Source of the DNA: Octopus sinensis
Taxonomy: Eukaryota
Reading direction: 5' to 3'
DNA length: 64,000 bases
Assembly (NCBI RefSeq): GCF_006345805.1
Contig: NC_043010.1
Location: 17,732,001 to 17,796,000 of the forward strand
The notes beneath the pieces were generated by a model. It did no database searches. It worked only from the letters and a program-made list of their open reading frames with translations, and was not told the DNA's origin. Shown here piece after piece: positions 36,285-49,647 of the stretch; position 1 is the stretch's first letter, and the number at the start of each line of letters is the position of its first letter. The translations under genes and the position numbers were made by a program.

Positions 36285-37377
36285 CTAAAACCAAAATATA
36301 AATTAACGGATTATATAAAATACTCATTTATTGCAACATTCAACTGTTTTAATAAAATCACACAAAAAAAAAAGCCGAATAGTTTTAAAATAGTCTTTCA
36401 TAGAAAAGTAGCAAAAAATATTCCAAACCAACTTTTTGCTGTTGATTTTGTATATTTCTTTATTTTTTAAAAACTCTGATTGATAATTTCCAATTTTCTA
36501 ATCAAATATAAACACCTGTTTCCCTCCATAGTACAAACTTTGTATCTTAAGTGATATAAATTGCTTCCATCAAATTTCCATGTTGATAATATATATTTGC
36601 AAACACTGACTCAATCATCATCATCGTTTAACATCTGTCTCCTATGCTGGCACAAGTTGGACAGTTTGAAAGAGCTGGTCAGCCAGGGACCAACACCTGG
36701 CTGCAATTGTCTGTTTTGCCATGGTTTCTATGGCTGGATGCCTTTCCTAATGCCAACCACTTTACAAAGTGGACTGGGTACTTTTTACATGGCACCAACA
36801 CCAGTACTTTTCATATAGCACCAGCACCAGTGCCAATAATGACAAAATTATTTTACTAAATTCATCATCATCATCATTTAACGTCCGCTTTCCATGCTGG
36901 CATGGGTTAGATGATTTGACTGAGGACTGGCAAACTGGATGGCTGCACCAGGCTCCAATCTTGATCTGGCAGAGTTTCTACAGGTGGATGCCCTTCCTAT
37001 CGCCAACCACTCCGAGAGTGTAGTGGGTGCTTTTTATGTGCCACCGGCACAGGGGCCAGTCAGGCGGTACTGGCAATGACCTCGCTCGAATCTTTTTACA
37101 TGTGCCAGTGAGGCGACGTTGGTAACGATCACGCTCGAATGGTGCCCTTGTACATGCCACGGGTATGGAAGCCAGTTGGCTGCTCTGGCAACGATCATGC
37201 TCGGATGGTGCTCTTGGCACCCTACTAGCACAGGCATGAGTGCCAGTAAGGCGATCCAAAATTAAATGAAACAAAGGCGGCATATTCTAACAGAAATCTG
37301 GTAACAATTTCCTGTGACAAGTATCAAAGAAATTAAATTCAAACAGAAATCTGAGAACAATCAATAAAATAACTCAC

Positions 37378-37483
37378 ATTCTGGTCCCCAATCCTGCGCA
37401 ATGTGTTCTGTCTGTGAACCTGGTTGATGTACTGACTGTAGGCTGCGGCAGCTTGTTGTTCCTCGTTTAACCTCTCATACAGT
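37378..37483 (-). CDS. CDC23: CDC23 exon 12
   Basis: atgtcag|A...AAT|gtgagt, 106 nt. LYERLNEEQQAAAAYSQYI corresponds to LHEQLTESEQAAQCYIKYI. Confidence 0.87.
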
Positions 37484-37597
37484 CTGACATTTAAAGGAAA
37501 TACATGAAAGGAAGAGAAATAATTGGAGATGTTCGTTAGCAGCTGGTAATTAAGACAAGAAAATTACAGAAAGCAATAAAGGAAGGTTCTATTAGAG

Positions 37598-38279
37598 TAG
37601 TGTTTCTCAACCTTTTTACCCCTGTGTAACCCTCAAAATAAATTACATGTCTCGAGGAACCCCTTCACAAAATAAATTATATATCATATCATCATCATTT
37701 AGCGTCCACTTTCCATGCTAGCATGGGTTGGACGGTTCAACTGGGGTCTGGCAAGCCAGAAGGCTGCACCAGGCCTAGTCTGATCTGGCAATGTTTCTAC
37801 GGCTGGATGCCCTTCCTAACACCAACCACTGTGTGAGTGTAGTGGGTGCTTTTTACGTGCCAGACAAGGCTGGCAAATGGCCACGATCGGATGGTGCCTT
37901 TTACGTGCCACCGGCACGGAGGCCTGTCGGGGTGGCGCTGGCAACGGCCACGTTCGGATGGTTCGCTTACATGCCACCGGCACTGGTATCACAGCTACAG
38001 TTTCCATTGATGTTAATCGATTTTGATTTTGATTTATCATATATTTCTCATATTTTTTCATCGTAGTTCACGATAAATATATATGGTTGTTATATATTTT
38101 GACAACATAATAGGTTAGAGAGGATGATGCCTATATAACGATATTACAATATGTTGTGCATGTATAGTAATATTACGATCATGAAATTAGCATTAGCTCA
38201 TCTCAGTCTTTCTCACGGAACCCCTAGGAACCTTTTGCGGAACCCTAGGGTTCTGAGGAACCCTGGTTGAGAAACGCTG
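37598..38279. mobile_element. hAT-type MITE with a nested RTE 3' end
   Basis: TIR (C/T)AGTGTTTCTCAACC / GGTTGAGAAACGCTG; 8-bp TSD TATTAGAG/CATTAGAG; RTE tail at about 37686-38040 inside. Confidence 0.8.
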
Positions 38280-38732
38280 CATTAGAGACTGATAATGAAA
38301 TATTTCAACAAGAAATAAATAGAATTAAACTGTCCTTCCCTCTCCACTCATTCCACTGCATAATTAAAAGAGAAAGTCTTTGAAAGACATGTCCATTTGC
38401 ATTGCTAATTGGAGCAAGACAGCATTAAATATATCAAGATAAACAATTTATAATCCTTAAAATCTCCCAAATTCAGCATAGAACCAACAGTAATTCCAAC
38501 GATAATAATTTTAAATGTAAAACATCAAAATATTTACAAAATTTCCAGTTGAATGACCCCCCCACCCCTGCTACCTCCTCTGAAAATATTTCCTTCAGTC
38601 AGACAAATTAGAGCAAGTAGAGTTAAGTGCCTTGCTCAAAGTCCCGACACAATGACAGTGATAAGATTTGAACTCGTGATCCTGCACTCTTCCATGACTT
38701 CTACAAACACTGGACCTGAAACTAAACATTAC

Positions 38733-38870
38733 CTTGCAAGTCTCATCAGAGCAATTCCTTCCACATCACCGACGCTGTGTGCTTTCCAATAACATTTCTT
38801 TGCTTCCTGTAAGCGTTCTAGCTTTTCGTAGCCATCACCAAGGGCAACTAACATGCGGGAATCGTTAGGT
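38733..38870 (-). CDS. CDC23: CDC23 exon 11 (TPR)
   Basis: ttgcag|A...AAG|gtaatg, 138 nt. PNDSRMLVALGDGYEKL...AKKCYWKAHSVGDVEG. Confidence 0.95.
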
Positions 38871-39138
38871 CTGCAAGGAGAAGATTTCATCTCGTTAACA
38901 AATATAAATAATTGATAAAGATGTAACATTGCAATGATAGACAACAAGTTTAGAGCAAGGTGTGGCGTGATTGTTGTTGAAGTGAAGAATTAAATAGGTG
39001 CAGGTGTGGTCTCCAGTAAGCCGTTTGCATCGCAACCCCAGGGTTCTGGGTTCAGTCCCACTGTGTGACATCTTGCTCAAGTGTCTTCCACTATAGCCTT
39101 GGGAGTGGATTTGGTAGATGGAAACCGAAAGAAGCCAG

Positions 39139-39171
<33 letters not shown>

Positions 39172-40165
39172 GTGTGTGTTTGTGTGTGTATCCCTCACTG
39201 CTGCATGACAACCAGTGTTGGTGTGTTTACAACCCTGTAACTTAACAGTTCAACAAAATAGACTGACAGAATAAGAACCAGGCTTTATAAAAAGAAAATA
39301 AGTACTGGACTGATTAGTTTGACTAAAATTCTTCAAGGTGGTGCTCCAGCATGGCCACAGTCTAATGACTGAAACAAGTAAAAAGATAAAAGATATCGTT
39401 GCTATTATGCAAAAGTGTCGTAAGTACAAAATGTTGCTTTTTCAGAAAACAAAAATATAATTTCACCATTCCATAGCAAGACCATTGTCCAACACTTTGA
39501 CAATTTTTGACATCTTGGCATCTGAAGCAGTTGGAGATACGACAGTTTGATCAAAATAACTGGCTATTGCAAGCAAAAATAAATATTGGGAAAAATGCAT
39601 TTGTTAAAAATTTTGGACATACGACAGTTTAATATAATAGCAACAAATATATTCATTTGTAAAAAATTTTTATTGAATTAATTTTTGTTGCATTTTTGAA
39701 AAAGTAATTCAAATAAAATTATTTATGTCAAACAAACAGAAACACGTCTGAAAGCAGACGGGGACCATCAGTGGTTTACTCAACTTGTGTTGGGTTGTTA
39801 AATACAAGGATTCCAAAATATATCATCATCATTTTACATCTACTTTCATGCGGGCATGGGTTAGATGAGTCACCAACAGTCCAAGTCAGTTCTTATTGAG
39901 AGCCGTTTGCTTCTCCCAATAAGACCAGGTGCTTCTATGCATCCTTTAGGTTGGTTTCTATGGCTGAATGCCCTTCCTATCACCAACCATTCTAAAGAGT
40001 GTACTGGATGCATATTCCCATGGCACCGACCCTAGCGCTGTAAATGAGGAGAGAAGAAGGAGTGGGAGCAAAAGGCCAAAAGTTGGGGGCAGATGGCGGG
40101 AGAAGAAGTGCTGTGAACAGTATGACCCGAAGGTCTTATCTATTTCAAGAAATGAGATGACTTAC

Positions 40166-40274
40166 CGAAGTTGTTGTGCTTTCCAATAGTAATACAGACT
40201 ATAATAATGCATCTTCATGATCTCGTAGGTCTGGCCAAGTCCATACCAAGCTCTGAAGTCTCGACTGTTTACTT
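40166..40274 (-). CDS. CDC23: CDC23 exon 10 (TPR)
   Basis: gtccag|AA...TCG|gtaagt, 109 nt. VNSRDFRAWYGLGQTYEIMKMHYYSLYYY. Confidence 0.95.
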
Positions 40275-41577
40275 CTGGACGACACAGAATAGAAGAAATA
40301 ATTACCATTTGTAAATAGTCTCAAACAAAATTATTTAGAAATTCAATTCTTCTTCTAAACTTCAGGACTAAAATATTTGATGATGGAATCAAACACGAAA
40401 TGGAATGAAGTCCACAACCAAACAATAAACACTGTTTATTAGACAGGCTTCTCTACAGTTTCTGTCTAAAGAATTTCAGTGACAAGGAATGTGACAAGCA
40501 GAAGACATGTATTGTAGAATAGTGGATTTGAACTCAGGACCTTGTAATTGTGAAGTAAACCGAGTCACATTGTGTACCAATTCTTATTAAGACTGACGGA
40601 AAAATTTCTTGGAGTTTTAACTGTTTACGGTTTTGTAAATGTGTTTGATTATGAGATGCTATGGTATTGTTTAGCACTAGATCAGGCCTGACTGAGCAGA
40701 GCTACGATCGAAGGCATTCCAGCCATGACCATATCACTAGTTCTTCTGACATCTGTAACTGCATTATTCAATGTCTGCTTCAGTTTCTGAGACAGCAAAG
40801 GTGTAAAGACGGAGATGCCCTGCACGGGTGCATATACAGGTTACCTCTGTTATACACGTGTTCTGAATGCGTTGTGTATATGTTATCGATACGTTGGTGC
40901 AGGAGTGGCTTTGTGGTAAGTAGCTTGCTTACCAACCACATGGTTCCGGGTTCAATCACACTGCGTGGCACCTTGGGCAAGTGTCTTCTAGTATAGCCTC
41001 GGGCCGACCAAAGCCTTGTGAGTGGATTTGGTAGATGGAAACTGAAAGAAGCTCATCGTGTATATGTATATATATGTGTCTGTGTTTGTCCCCCCAACAT
41101 CGCTTGACAACTGATGCTGGTGTGTTTACATCACCATAACTTAGCGGTTCGGCAAAAGAACTGATAGAATAAGCTTACAAAGAATAAGTCCTGGGGTTGA
41201 TTTGTCTGACTAAAGGCAGTGCTTCAGCATGGCCACAGTCAAATGACTGAAACAAGTAAAACAGTCGTATGTTGCATATATGTCATGTGATACAGACAGC
41301 TTCATTTCATGCAAGTTTCCAATGCTCAGAGCCATTCTGCTACAGATTCAACTACTTTCCATGGTTCCTGAGTTCAATCTCAGCCTGAACACGAGAAATG
41401 GTGAAAATGGCAAATGTAGAGATGTTCAATGTATATCTGTTGTCTCAGTCTTTTTTTTTTTCGATTCATTGATGGTCGGTGGTGGTCAGTAGTTCAGCAA
41501 AAAGAGTGGACCTAATGCAGTTGATGATATTGTAGTTGCTGTGATTTGTGTGTAATTCTGTTTAAGTACAGCTGATA

Positions 41578-41942
41578 GTGTGTGTGCGTGTGTGTGGTGT
41601 GTGTGAGTGGTGTGTGTGTGTGTGTGTGTGTGGTGTGGTGTTGTGTGTGTAGTGGTGTGTGTGTGTGTGTGGTGTGTGTGGTGTGTGTGTAGTGTGGCGT
41701 GTGTGTAGTGTGTGTGTGTGTGGCGTGTGTGTAGCGTGTGTGTGGTGTGTGTGTTGTGTGTGTGTGTGGCGTGTGGTGGTGGTGTGGTATGTGTGGCGTG
41801 TGTGGGTGAGTGTGTGTGGTGTGGTGTATGTGTGTGGTATGTGGTGTGTGTGTGTGGTATGTGGTGTGTGTGTGTGGTGTGTGTGTGTCTGTGTGTGTGG
41901 TGTGCGTGTGTGTGTGGTGTGGTGTGTGCGTGGTATGTGTGT
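41578..41942. repeat. Long imperfect (GT/GTG)n tract (CA-rich on the CDC23 sense strand)
   Basis: Direct reading; about 365 bp starting about 17 nt into intron 9. Confidence 0.95.
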
Positions 41943-41960
41943 TACGTAGCATTAACTCAC

Positions 41961-42125
41961 CAATAGCTTGTCGATATGCTTCAATGGCCGCAGTAATGTT
42001 CTTCATCTCCATGTACTCGTGTCCGATAAGAGTCCAAGCTGAGAGGTAGTGCGGATTGAGCTTGAGAGCTCTTTGGAAATATAACAGAGCTTTTTCATGC
42101 TGAGACCTGAGTGAATAATAGTTGG
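41961..42125 (-). CDS. CDC23: CDC23 exon 9 (TPR)
   Basis: ttttcag|CC...ATTG|gtgagt, 165 nt. [42 protein letters not shown]. Confidence 0.96.
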
Positions 42126-43585
42126 CTGAAAACAATAATATAAAAAAAGAATAAATTTAAAAAATATATTCCATGCTAAATTCCTTTGGCAAGGGGTTTC
42201 CTACATTTAAAAAAAACAAAACTTTCTTAAATTCCTGCATGTCAAAGATGGTTCATTTATTTTTAACTGTTATAGATAGCAAACACAATGTTTTTAAATA
42301 AGTCAGACAGAGGAAGGGCAATGACCATAACCTTTGTAGGAATTCCCTAATATTGGGATACATAGGGCGCAAGACTTGTCAACATTTAACCTTTACAGGA
42401 AAATGAGGCAGGGGAGAGAACTAAGTATAAATGTTAAACGACCCTCCACTAAAACCCCTTCGAAGACTTCAGGTGGTGGCATTAAAGTGGGCATTGTGAT
42501 AGGGACATTTCATCCTGCTTGTCACACTGAAGTCAGGTTTGTTGTGACCCCATGAAACAGAGAACAGATCTAACCCTACAAAGCGACCTTTTGACACTTC
42601 TAACGTTAGCTTCTTAAACCCTTAACTTCAAGCTTACTACATTATTAAACTGATCATCATCATTTAGTGTTTGTTGTCCATGCTAGCATGGGTTGGATGG
42701 TTTGACCAAGCTGGCATGCTGGAAGGCTGCACCAGACTCCAGTCTGATTTGACATGGTCTCTATGGCTGGATGCCCTTCCTAACGCCAACCACTCTGTGA
42801 GTGTAATGGGTGCTTTTATGTGCCACCAGTATCTGCCAGCTCTGATGAAGAATGATAAATTCTCATTAGATGTATTGTCATTATTAGGGAAGTGCTTCAT
42901 GTTCTGAGTTGTGTCAAGAAATTAAACAACCCTTGAAGGGTTCAAATCTAATTACAAACAAACCTAGTTATAACCAACTATTACATACACAATCATATAT
43001 AAAAAAGGAGAGAGTGTCTAGGCCATCAGGGACAGCTGCTGAAATGCAGAAAACATTCAATGAAGAAGGGTAATAGGGAGTCACTTGCACATTGGATCAA
43101 GTGTGTGTGTGGGGTCATACTAAATGGCAAAGCAATATCATCATCTCAAGGGTTCTCAACTGGGATCCATATGACCCTTAGAGGGCTCATTTAAGATTTT
43201 GTTGTTAAAAATTACCTGCAATAACTTGGTTATACTTCTAGAATACACAAAATATTTTAACAATTTTTTAAACACAATTCCTAAAAATATTTAATTATGA
43301 AAATATAATAGGAGTTTTTTAAACATTAAATGGCTGTGAAGGTCCACCCGAGTAAAATAGGAAATAAAGGGGTCCAAGGGCAAAATAAAAAAAATGAGAA
43401 CCACAGAAAGAAGATATAAATATATATAAGATTATCATGGTATGGGAGGAATGTGTAGAAGTGGCAGAGCAAAGAAAATAAAGGACCATTGACAACCATG
43501 ACAACTGGTAGGACATTACGGAGGAAAAGATCTGTCCAACCCACAGAAACACAAAGAGACAAATGGAGATTTTATATCAACTCAC

Positions 43586-43667
43586 CAATAACACAACAAG
43601 TTTCCACACGATATTTATCAATCTCACAAACGCTATGGGCCAAGTAGGCCAATTCCACACGGTTCTC
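43586..43667 (-). CDS. CDC23: CDC23 exon 8
   Basis: ttttcag|GAG...ATTG|gtgagt, 82 nt. ELAYLAHSVCEIDKYRVETCCVI. Confidence 0.95.
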
Positions 43668-43729
43668 CTGAAAAATAAAAATACACATTTAATATTGGGG
43701 ATATGAAAACCACAGAATTCCTAGATGGA

Positions 43730-44420
43730 TCCTTAAAAATGTTTCAGCCCGAAGGCTGCGGCACCACCGTTGAATGAGCTACATTAGTATATGAATCCAC
43801 CTGATACGTGGCGCTTGGTCAACAAGGGAGTTCGATGCCACTGCCCATATCTGTGTCTCCTGCCGAGAGGTAGGTTCATCTGGGACCCCCGACAAGAAGA
43901 GATCCAGTTTAGTTTTAAAGAAACCCACATCCACACCATGCAAGTCTCTCAGGCATTTAGGGAGGATGTTGAAGAGCTGTGGTCCTCTGAAACCCAAGCT
44001 GTTGCAGTATCTGGTCCTGTATTTTGATGGTGATGTTGGAATCTTTGGCACCATGCAGTGGCGCCCCGTTCTGCGGTTGAGGTAACTTTGAATGCCAAAG
44101 TTTGGGACAAGACCCTCCAGGATTTTCCTCATTTTTATGTCAGCCCTTTTTATACAAACCTGCTGAAGACACTCCTTGGTCCTTTGAGACAAACTTCCTA
44201 TTTCAAAGGAACTAAATTAAAATGTGCTGCAGCACAAAGTTTTGTCAGTGAACAGGTCGTGGTCTCAAAGCGATGAAAATATTTTCACACATTAAATTTA
44301 AATGTTGAAGTGAATCTAACGGTTTTTGTGTGTTTCTTAAATGGCTTATAAACACCTTCCATGCTGCAATTGTTTTCGTTCCAGCACACGATCTCAGATC
44401 AGGTCACTTGCTATGCAAGT
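43730..44420 (-). mobile_element. CR1/L2-group LINE 3' end
   Basis: KILEGLVPNFG...RTGRHC...NSLGFRGPQLFNILP...FKTKLDLFLSGVPDEP. Confidence 0.8.
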
Positions 44421-45720
44421 ACATCTCCGTAATAAATTAAAATCTTCTATCAAAATTTCATGTTAATTTACGTCCTAAGCACGACATTCATAGTGACAAA
44501 GTTACTTTACTGAGGTTTTCATTTTCAAAATAGGGTGAAAGCAGAAGCAGAGCATTTTAAAAGAAGTATCTTAACGAAAGGCCTAAATGTGAATGTAACA
44601 TTTTTCCAGGTTACAAAGGTTTGTAACATGGAAAGCCAAGCACAGGTTTCAATAGATATTATCAGTTACAGGAAAGTGGAGTGACATTGTTAAATGCCAA
44701 CATCTAACGATTCTTTCAAATGAATTGCAGTCAGTTTCATCTCTTTTATCCTTTACTTGTTCCAGTCATTAGAATGTGGCCATGCTGGGGCAGTGCTTTG
44801 AAGAATTTTTAGTTGAATAAATCAACCCCCGGCACTTATTCTATTGGGCTCTTTTGCTGAACTACTAAGTTATGGGGACAAACCAACACCGCTGGTGGTG
44901 ACAATCACAAGCGCATGTCACTAACATATGTCCTACTTCCTTGTTGGTATGGCTTGGACGGTTTGACCTGGCAAGCCAGGGGACTATGCTTAAACTCCAA
45001 TGTCTACTTTGATGTAGCATCTATGACTGGATGCTCTTCCTGATGTCAGCCACTTTACTGAATGGGTGCTTTTCACATGGCACCAGTATCTACCAAACTT
45101 AACTGCTCAACTGAATGGAGATTATTTGCCCAAAATGCCACAAGAGAGGACTGAAGTTGAAATAATGTGGCTGTGAAGTAAATTTCTTTCTCACAGGGTC
45201 ATGCTTGTACCCATGAAAGCCTCAATAATGTTTCAATTGATATTATTGGCAGAAACGTTAGCACACCGGGAAAAATGCTTAGCAGTATTTCATCTGCCAT
45301 AATGTTTTGAGTTCAAATTCTGCCGAAGCCGACTTTGCCTTTCATCTTTCGGGGGTCGTTAAATAAGTACCAGTTATGCACTGGGTCAATGTAATTGATT
45401 TAATCCCTTTGTCTGTCCTTGTTTGTCCCCTCTATGTTTAGCCCCCTTGTGGCCAATAAAGAAATAAATAATACCACCATTGTGACCAAAGAGTTTTTAC
45501 CCTCAAAGTTTCTCATTAACTCTTCCTGGCCCCAAATATTTTATAGTTTTGTATAACAAAAATAGGGGAAAACTATTTTCAAAAATCCCAATTTTTTGAA
45601 GATTTCCACATATTTGAAACAGCACATACTAAAATAGAGAATCTTTGTCAAGCAAAGGAAGAATAGAAGAGCTTTTTTAAATTTAGAAAATACTGATACA
45701 AGCATTAATAGAACACTTAC

Positions 45721-45818
45721 TTTAACAAAAAGTATGTTTGAGAAAATATCCATGTTTTCTAGACGATAGGGATCTTTTTCTCGCAGTTTCATAAAAACAT
45801 CAACAGCCTGGTCAAAGC
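45721..45818 (-). CDS. CDC23: CDC23 exon 7
   Basis: ttcacag|GC...AAA|gtaagt, 98 nt. LREKDPYRLENMDIFSNILFVK. Confidence 0.94.
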
Positions 45819-46839
45819 CTGTGAAAAAATAAAATTTAAGCCTAGATACTCGTTAATACTCCTCTAAAAATAATTTTACTTACCTCCACGTTTATACAAA
45901 TCTCTACAGTTTTACAGAAGCAAAAATTGAGCATTATAAAACATTTTCTACTCCTAAGAATGTATCATAACAAGAATCTCTAAACATGTTTGTGAATGTA
46001 TGTCTATACGGGTCAGACAAAATTCATAGCGGTGGGTTTTCTTGTGCCAACCCTAACCTGTTTCCAAGTAAGGTGATATTTCCCCAAGAATAGACATGTT
46101 TTTCACATAAGACTGAAGACAAGGGACTGCTTCTTTGATAGGAATACTTGTTTATAACAATCACATGATGTCAAGGCAAAAAGACACTCACTATCTCTCT
46201 CTCACATACACACACACACACACACACAGATTGGCAGGATAGCTGTAAATGAGCGTCACTGTCCTACAAGCAAAGTCATTCCTTTCCAGTATTCTGCAAG
46301 AACATATCTGGCAATGGAGAAATATTACGTTGCTTGGAAACAGGTGAGGGTTGGGGACAGGCATCCAACTGTAGACAAACTGCTAGAATGCCCCGCCTGA
46401 CCCACCTCCCAAGCATGGAAGGTGGATGTTAAATGATGATATGACAAGATATATAAGCAACATTCATGGTCATATAAACATGGTTGTTCCATAGAAACTG
46501 ATGTTACTGCTATTTTTAACCCTGGGAGGACACCTCCTCTGGCCAGTTATTCAATGCAATCTACACCCAACATATATTGCAAGCAGAGGAGTGAACCCGT
46601 ACTATTCTCCAGCCACAAGATCACCAGACCATGTGGTTTCGACTGCTTCATGGTCATCCTTGGTGGTGGATACTCGACTGCTAGAGATAGCAGTAGTTCA
46701 CTCCAGCTTGCAATACATATACATATATATATAATTTAAAAATAGGATAAAATCTTCATAAGAATTTATCAAGTAGTTAGCATGAAAAACCTCATAAGAG
46801 AAAAAAAACATCAATTTTTTCCCTTTAAATTTATTTATT

Positions 46840-46984
46840 TATATTATATAGAGGGCACTATTACACATAGATGCCTCACACTAGGAGGGACTCTTAAAGT
46901 CAAAACTATAAAATAGTAGTTTGACTTTAAGAGTCCCTCCTAGCGTGAGGCATCAATGTGTAATAGTGCGCTCTATATAATATA
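46840..46984. repeat. Near-perfect 145-bp hairpin (MITE-like, TA-flanked)
   Basis: TAGAGGGCACTATTACACATAGATGCCTCACACTAGGAGGGACTCTTAAAGTCAAA is mirrored across a few-nt loop. Confidence 0.9.
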
Positions 46985-46986
46985 CA

Positions 46987-47018
<32 letters not shown>

Positions 47019-47040
47019 AATAAACATATTGAGAATAAAA

Positions 47041-47640
47041 AGGTAGTCAGAATGTTGGATGATTATATATATTTCTATCGCTTTCTTCCGTTATCGAATT
47101 TATCAAAAGAGTGGTTTACAATAAGTTTGCTTCAGCTTTTTATATAAAATTGAAAATGATGACGTTTAAGAAAACGAGAGAGGGGGAGATGGGAACAAAT
47201 TAGAAAGGAATGTGCAGGGGTGAGAGAGGAGAAGACAGCAGGAGATCGTAAGGTAAAGGAGATGAGGCTTTCGTATCAGGTCTGACCACAGATACAAAAA
47301 CCATGCCTCTTTTACCTCATCCTCCTTCACAAACTCTTTTCTTCTTTCTTTTCCCTTCCTTCACCCCACCTCCAAATCAAGAATACAATCCCAAAACACA
47401 CTTCTATGTTCTTTTCTCTTCTCCATCCTCACCATCTCTTCTCTCCTCCTCTCTCACCTTTGCACTTTCCTTTCTAATTTGCTCCCCCCTCTCCTTTTCT
47501 AAAACATCATCAGTTTCAATTTTATATAAAAAGGTGAAGCAAAATTACTTTAAACCACTTTTTTGATAAATCCAATAAGGGAAGAAAGCGTTAAAAATGT
47601 AAATAAAAAGATATGTAATCATCCAACATCCTTATTACCT
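47041..47640. repeat. ~600-bp diverged foldback (purine-rich vs pyrimidine-rich arms)
   Basis: GATGATTA...GCTTTCTTCC...TTTATCAAAA...GTGGTTTA...TTTTTATATAAAATTGAAA at 47050-47160 is found inverted at 47500-47640. Confidence 0.75.
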
Positions 47641-47868
47641 TGTTATTCTCAACATACAAATTCTATACATCACTTCAGAAACTCTCTACATTGACATCTC
47701 AGCACAGCCTACATGGCATTATGAACTAAAAACTGAAACCGTAGTTTGTTATGCCATGTGTGCTGTGCCTACTGACTGTGCCAAGATGTCAAATGTATTA
47801 TAAAACATTGCTTGGCACGTTCTCAACACATGAAGACATGTATTGCATCTATTAAACTATATATTATT

Positions 47869-48105
47869 CAAAGAAATTCCAACTCTGTCTGTATTTTATG
47901 TTTTATTTATATTCTTTATAATATTAATGTAGAATATAGTATAAATAGTATATATAGTAAAATGAAATGAAGTATTGATTGTCTTATTGAATAGATGAAA
48001 TGTTGAATATAAAATATTAGGGGACTAGTATACTTTCATGCATTATAGCATTTTATATTCAACATTTCATCTATTCAATAAGACAATCAACACTTCATTT
48101 CATTT

Positions 48106-48154
<49 letters not shown>

Positions 48155-48245
48155 ATATATATATTATTTATACTATATATTCTATATTAATATTATAAAG
48201 AATATAAATAAAACATAAAAAACAGACAGAGTTGGAATTCCTTTG
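47869..48245. repeat. AT-rich foldback with a (TA)n expansion in one arm
   Basis: CAAAGAAATTCCAACTCTGTCTG...TTGAATATAAAAT (47869-48014) is inverted at 48052-48245. Confidence 0.85.
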
Positions 48246-48283
48246 TATATATATCCCTCTATACACAATCATACAAACCCCTT

Positions 48284-48323
<40 letters not shown>

Positions 48324-48652
48324 CTTTTAATTTTTTTTTTGGTGGTTTCCTGTCATTTCAATGGTTTATGCTTATTTTATGTTTAAAAATTTTTTTTGTT
48401 TTTATGACATCAGAAAGATGACAGGTAGATCTGAAATGACCTGAGACATTTTTTTGCAGGTAAGCTTGCAAGTGTCTTATGTACATTTAGATAGCATAGT
48501 TATTAGGAATTTGACTAGACTCTTGTGATTATACTGGTCGTTATTAAACTACTCCTGACTTAATTAATCTTTATAATCTTACAACAGAGTTAAAACATTA
48601 AAATTGATAATTGTTATTTGAGCAAAAATAAGGTTTTTACTGCTTGACCTAC

Positions 48653-48830
48653 TTCGACTGTTGTCGTGAGCAATAGCCATTTGGGCTTGAATGTAAGTGC
48701 AGTCGGCGAATCCGTTATCAATGAAAGACTGGTAAATTTGTAGAGCTTCATCTGTGTGTTGTAGTTCTGAGTACATGTGTGCAAGAAATAAGTGTTTTAT
48801 CCAATGGTTTGGTAATGTCAATGATTGAAG
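48653..48830 (-). CDS. CDC23: CDC23 exon 6
   Basis: tcccag|CTT...CGAA|gtaggt, 178 nt. LTLPNHWIKHLFLAHMYSELQ...YIQAQMAIAHDN. Confidence 0.92.
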
Positions 48831-49514
48831 CTGGGATATAGAAAGGAAATTTAAATACAAGGGTAAGAAAAAAAAAAGCAATGGGATAAACAGTATTTTT
48901 GTAATAGAATATTTAGCTAAATTAGTTTTGGAAAATATTTCATATGAAAAAAGTTTAAAATGAGCAATAGCAGATATAACTCCAGCTACAACTGGGCCAA
49001 ATAAAATATTTACCAGTCTAATTGTTGGTTCAATTTAAGAGATCTTATTTATGAAAGTAACATCTATAATTACTGACAAATATTATTATCTATAAAGAAA
49101 TATTATGGATTGGTTTAAAATATATCAAAAAGTCTTGATTTTCTTATATTTTGTTGTTATATTCTAAAATTGTTAGTTTCAAATCTCTAAAAGCCACATT
49201 CTAACAACAGACACAAATGTTCTTTACTTCAAGACAAAGAAGATGTTCTTCACAAGTCACAGACCATAACTCAGTTCCACCTGAAAGATTTCAGACTGAA
49301 AGCAAAGCAAATCCATTTTAACAGAGTTTCACTGAATATGTAACTAGTTTAGGAGATTTGTTAATTTGGAGTATTTTAGAAATCCAATAAAAACAAGTGA
49401 TAGTGAAAGCAGCAGTATTATAATAATAATAATAATGAGAAGAAGAAGAAGAATGAGAAGAAGAAAAAAAAGAAAAAGAAGAAGAAGAAACAGTAGCAAC
49501 ATAATTTGACTTAC

Positions 49515-49647
49515 AGTCTCTTTGTCTGGAATTAAAGTGTTAAGTTCTTGCCATGCACCCCAGTGGAGTGGTTCTTTGTGGACAGATTCCAATAAAACAT
49601 TGGTAGCTTCTTTAAGTAAATCTAACTTCTTCAGAACAACGCCATAC
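49515..49647 (-). CDS. CDC23: CDC23 exon 5
   Basis: ttgtag|GTAT...ACT|gtaagt, 133 nt. YGVVLKKLDLLKEA...PLHWGAWQEL. Confidence 0.94.

Noticed and set aside
41512-41960. 207-aa ORF with a His/Thr-rich tail and the overlapping Val/Cys ORFs
   Set aside because: Read-through of CDC23 exon 9 into a microsatellite; a canonical donor lies at 41960.
43147-43406. Possible hAT MITE (CAAGGGTTCTCAAC...TGAGAACCACAG); also a weak TIR pair at about 39393-39650
   Set aside because: Right end degenerate and no TSD; too weak to annotate.
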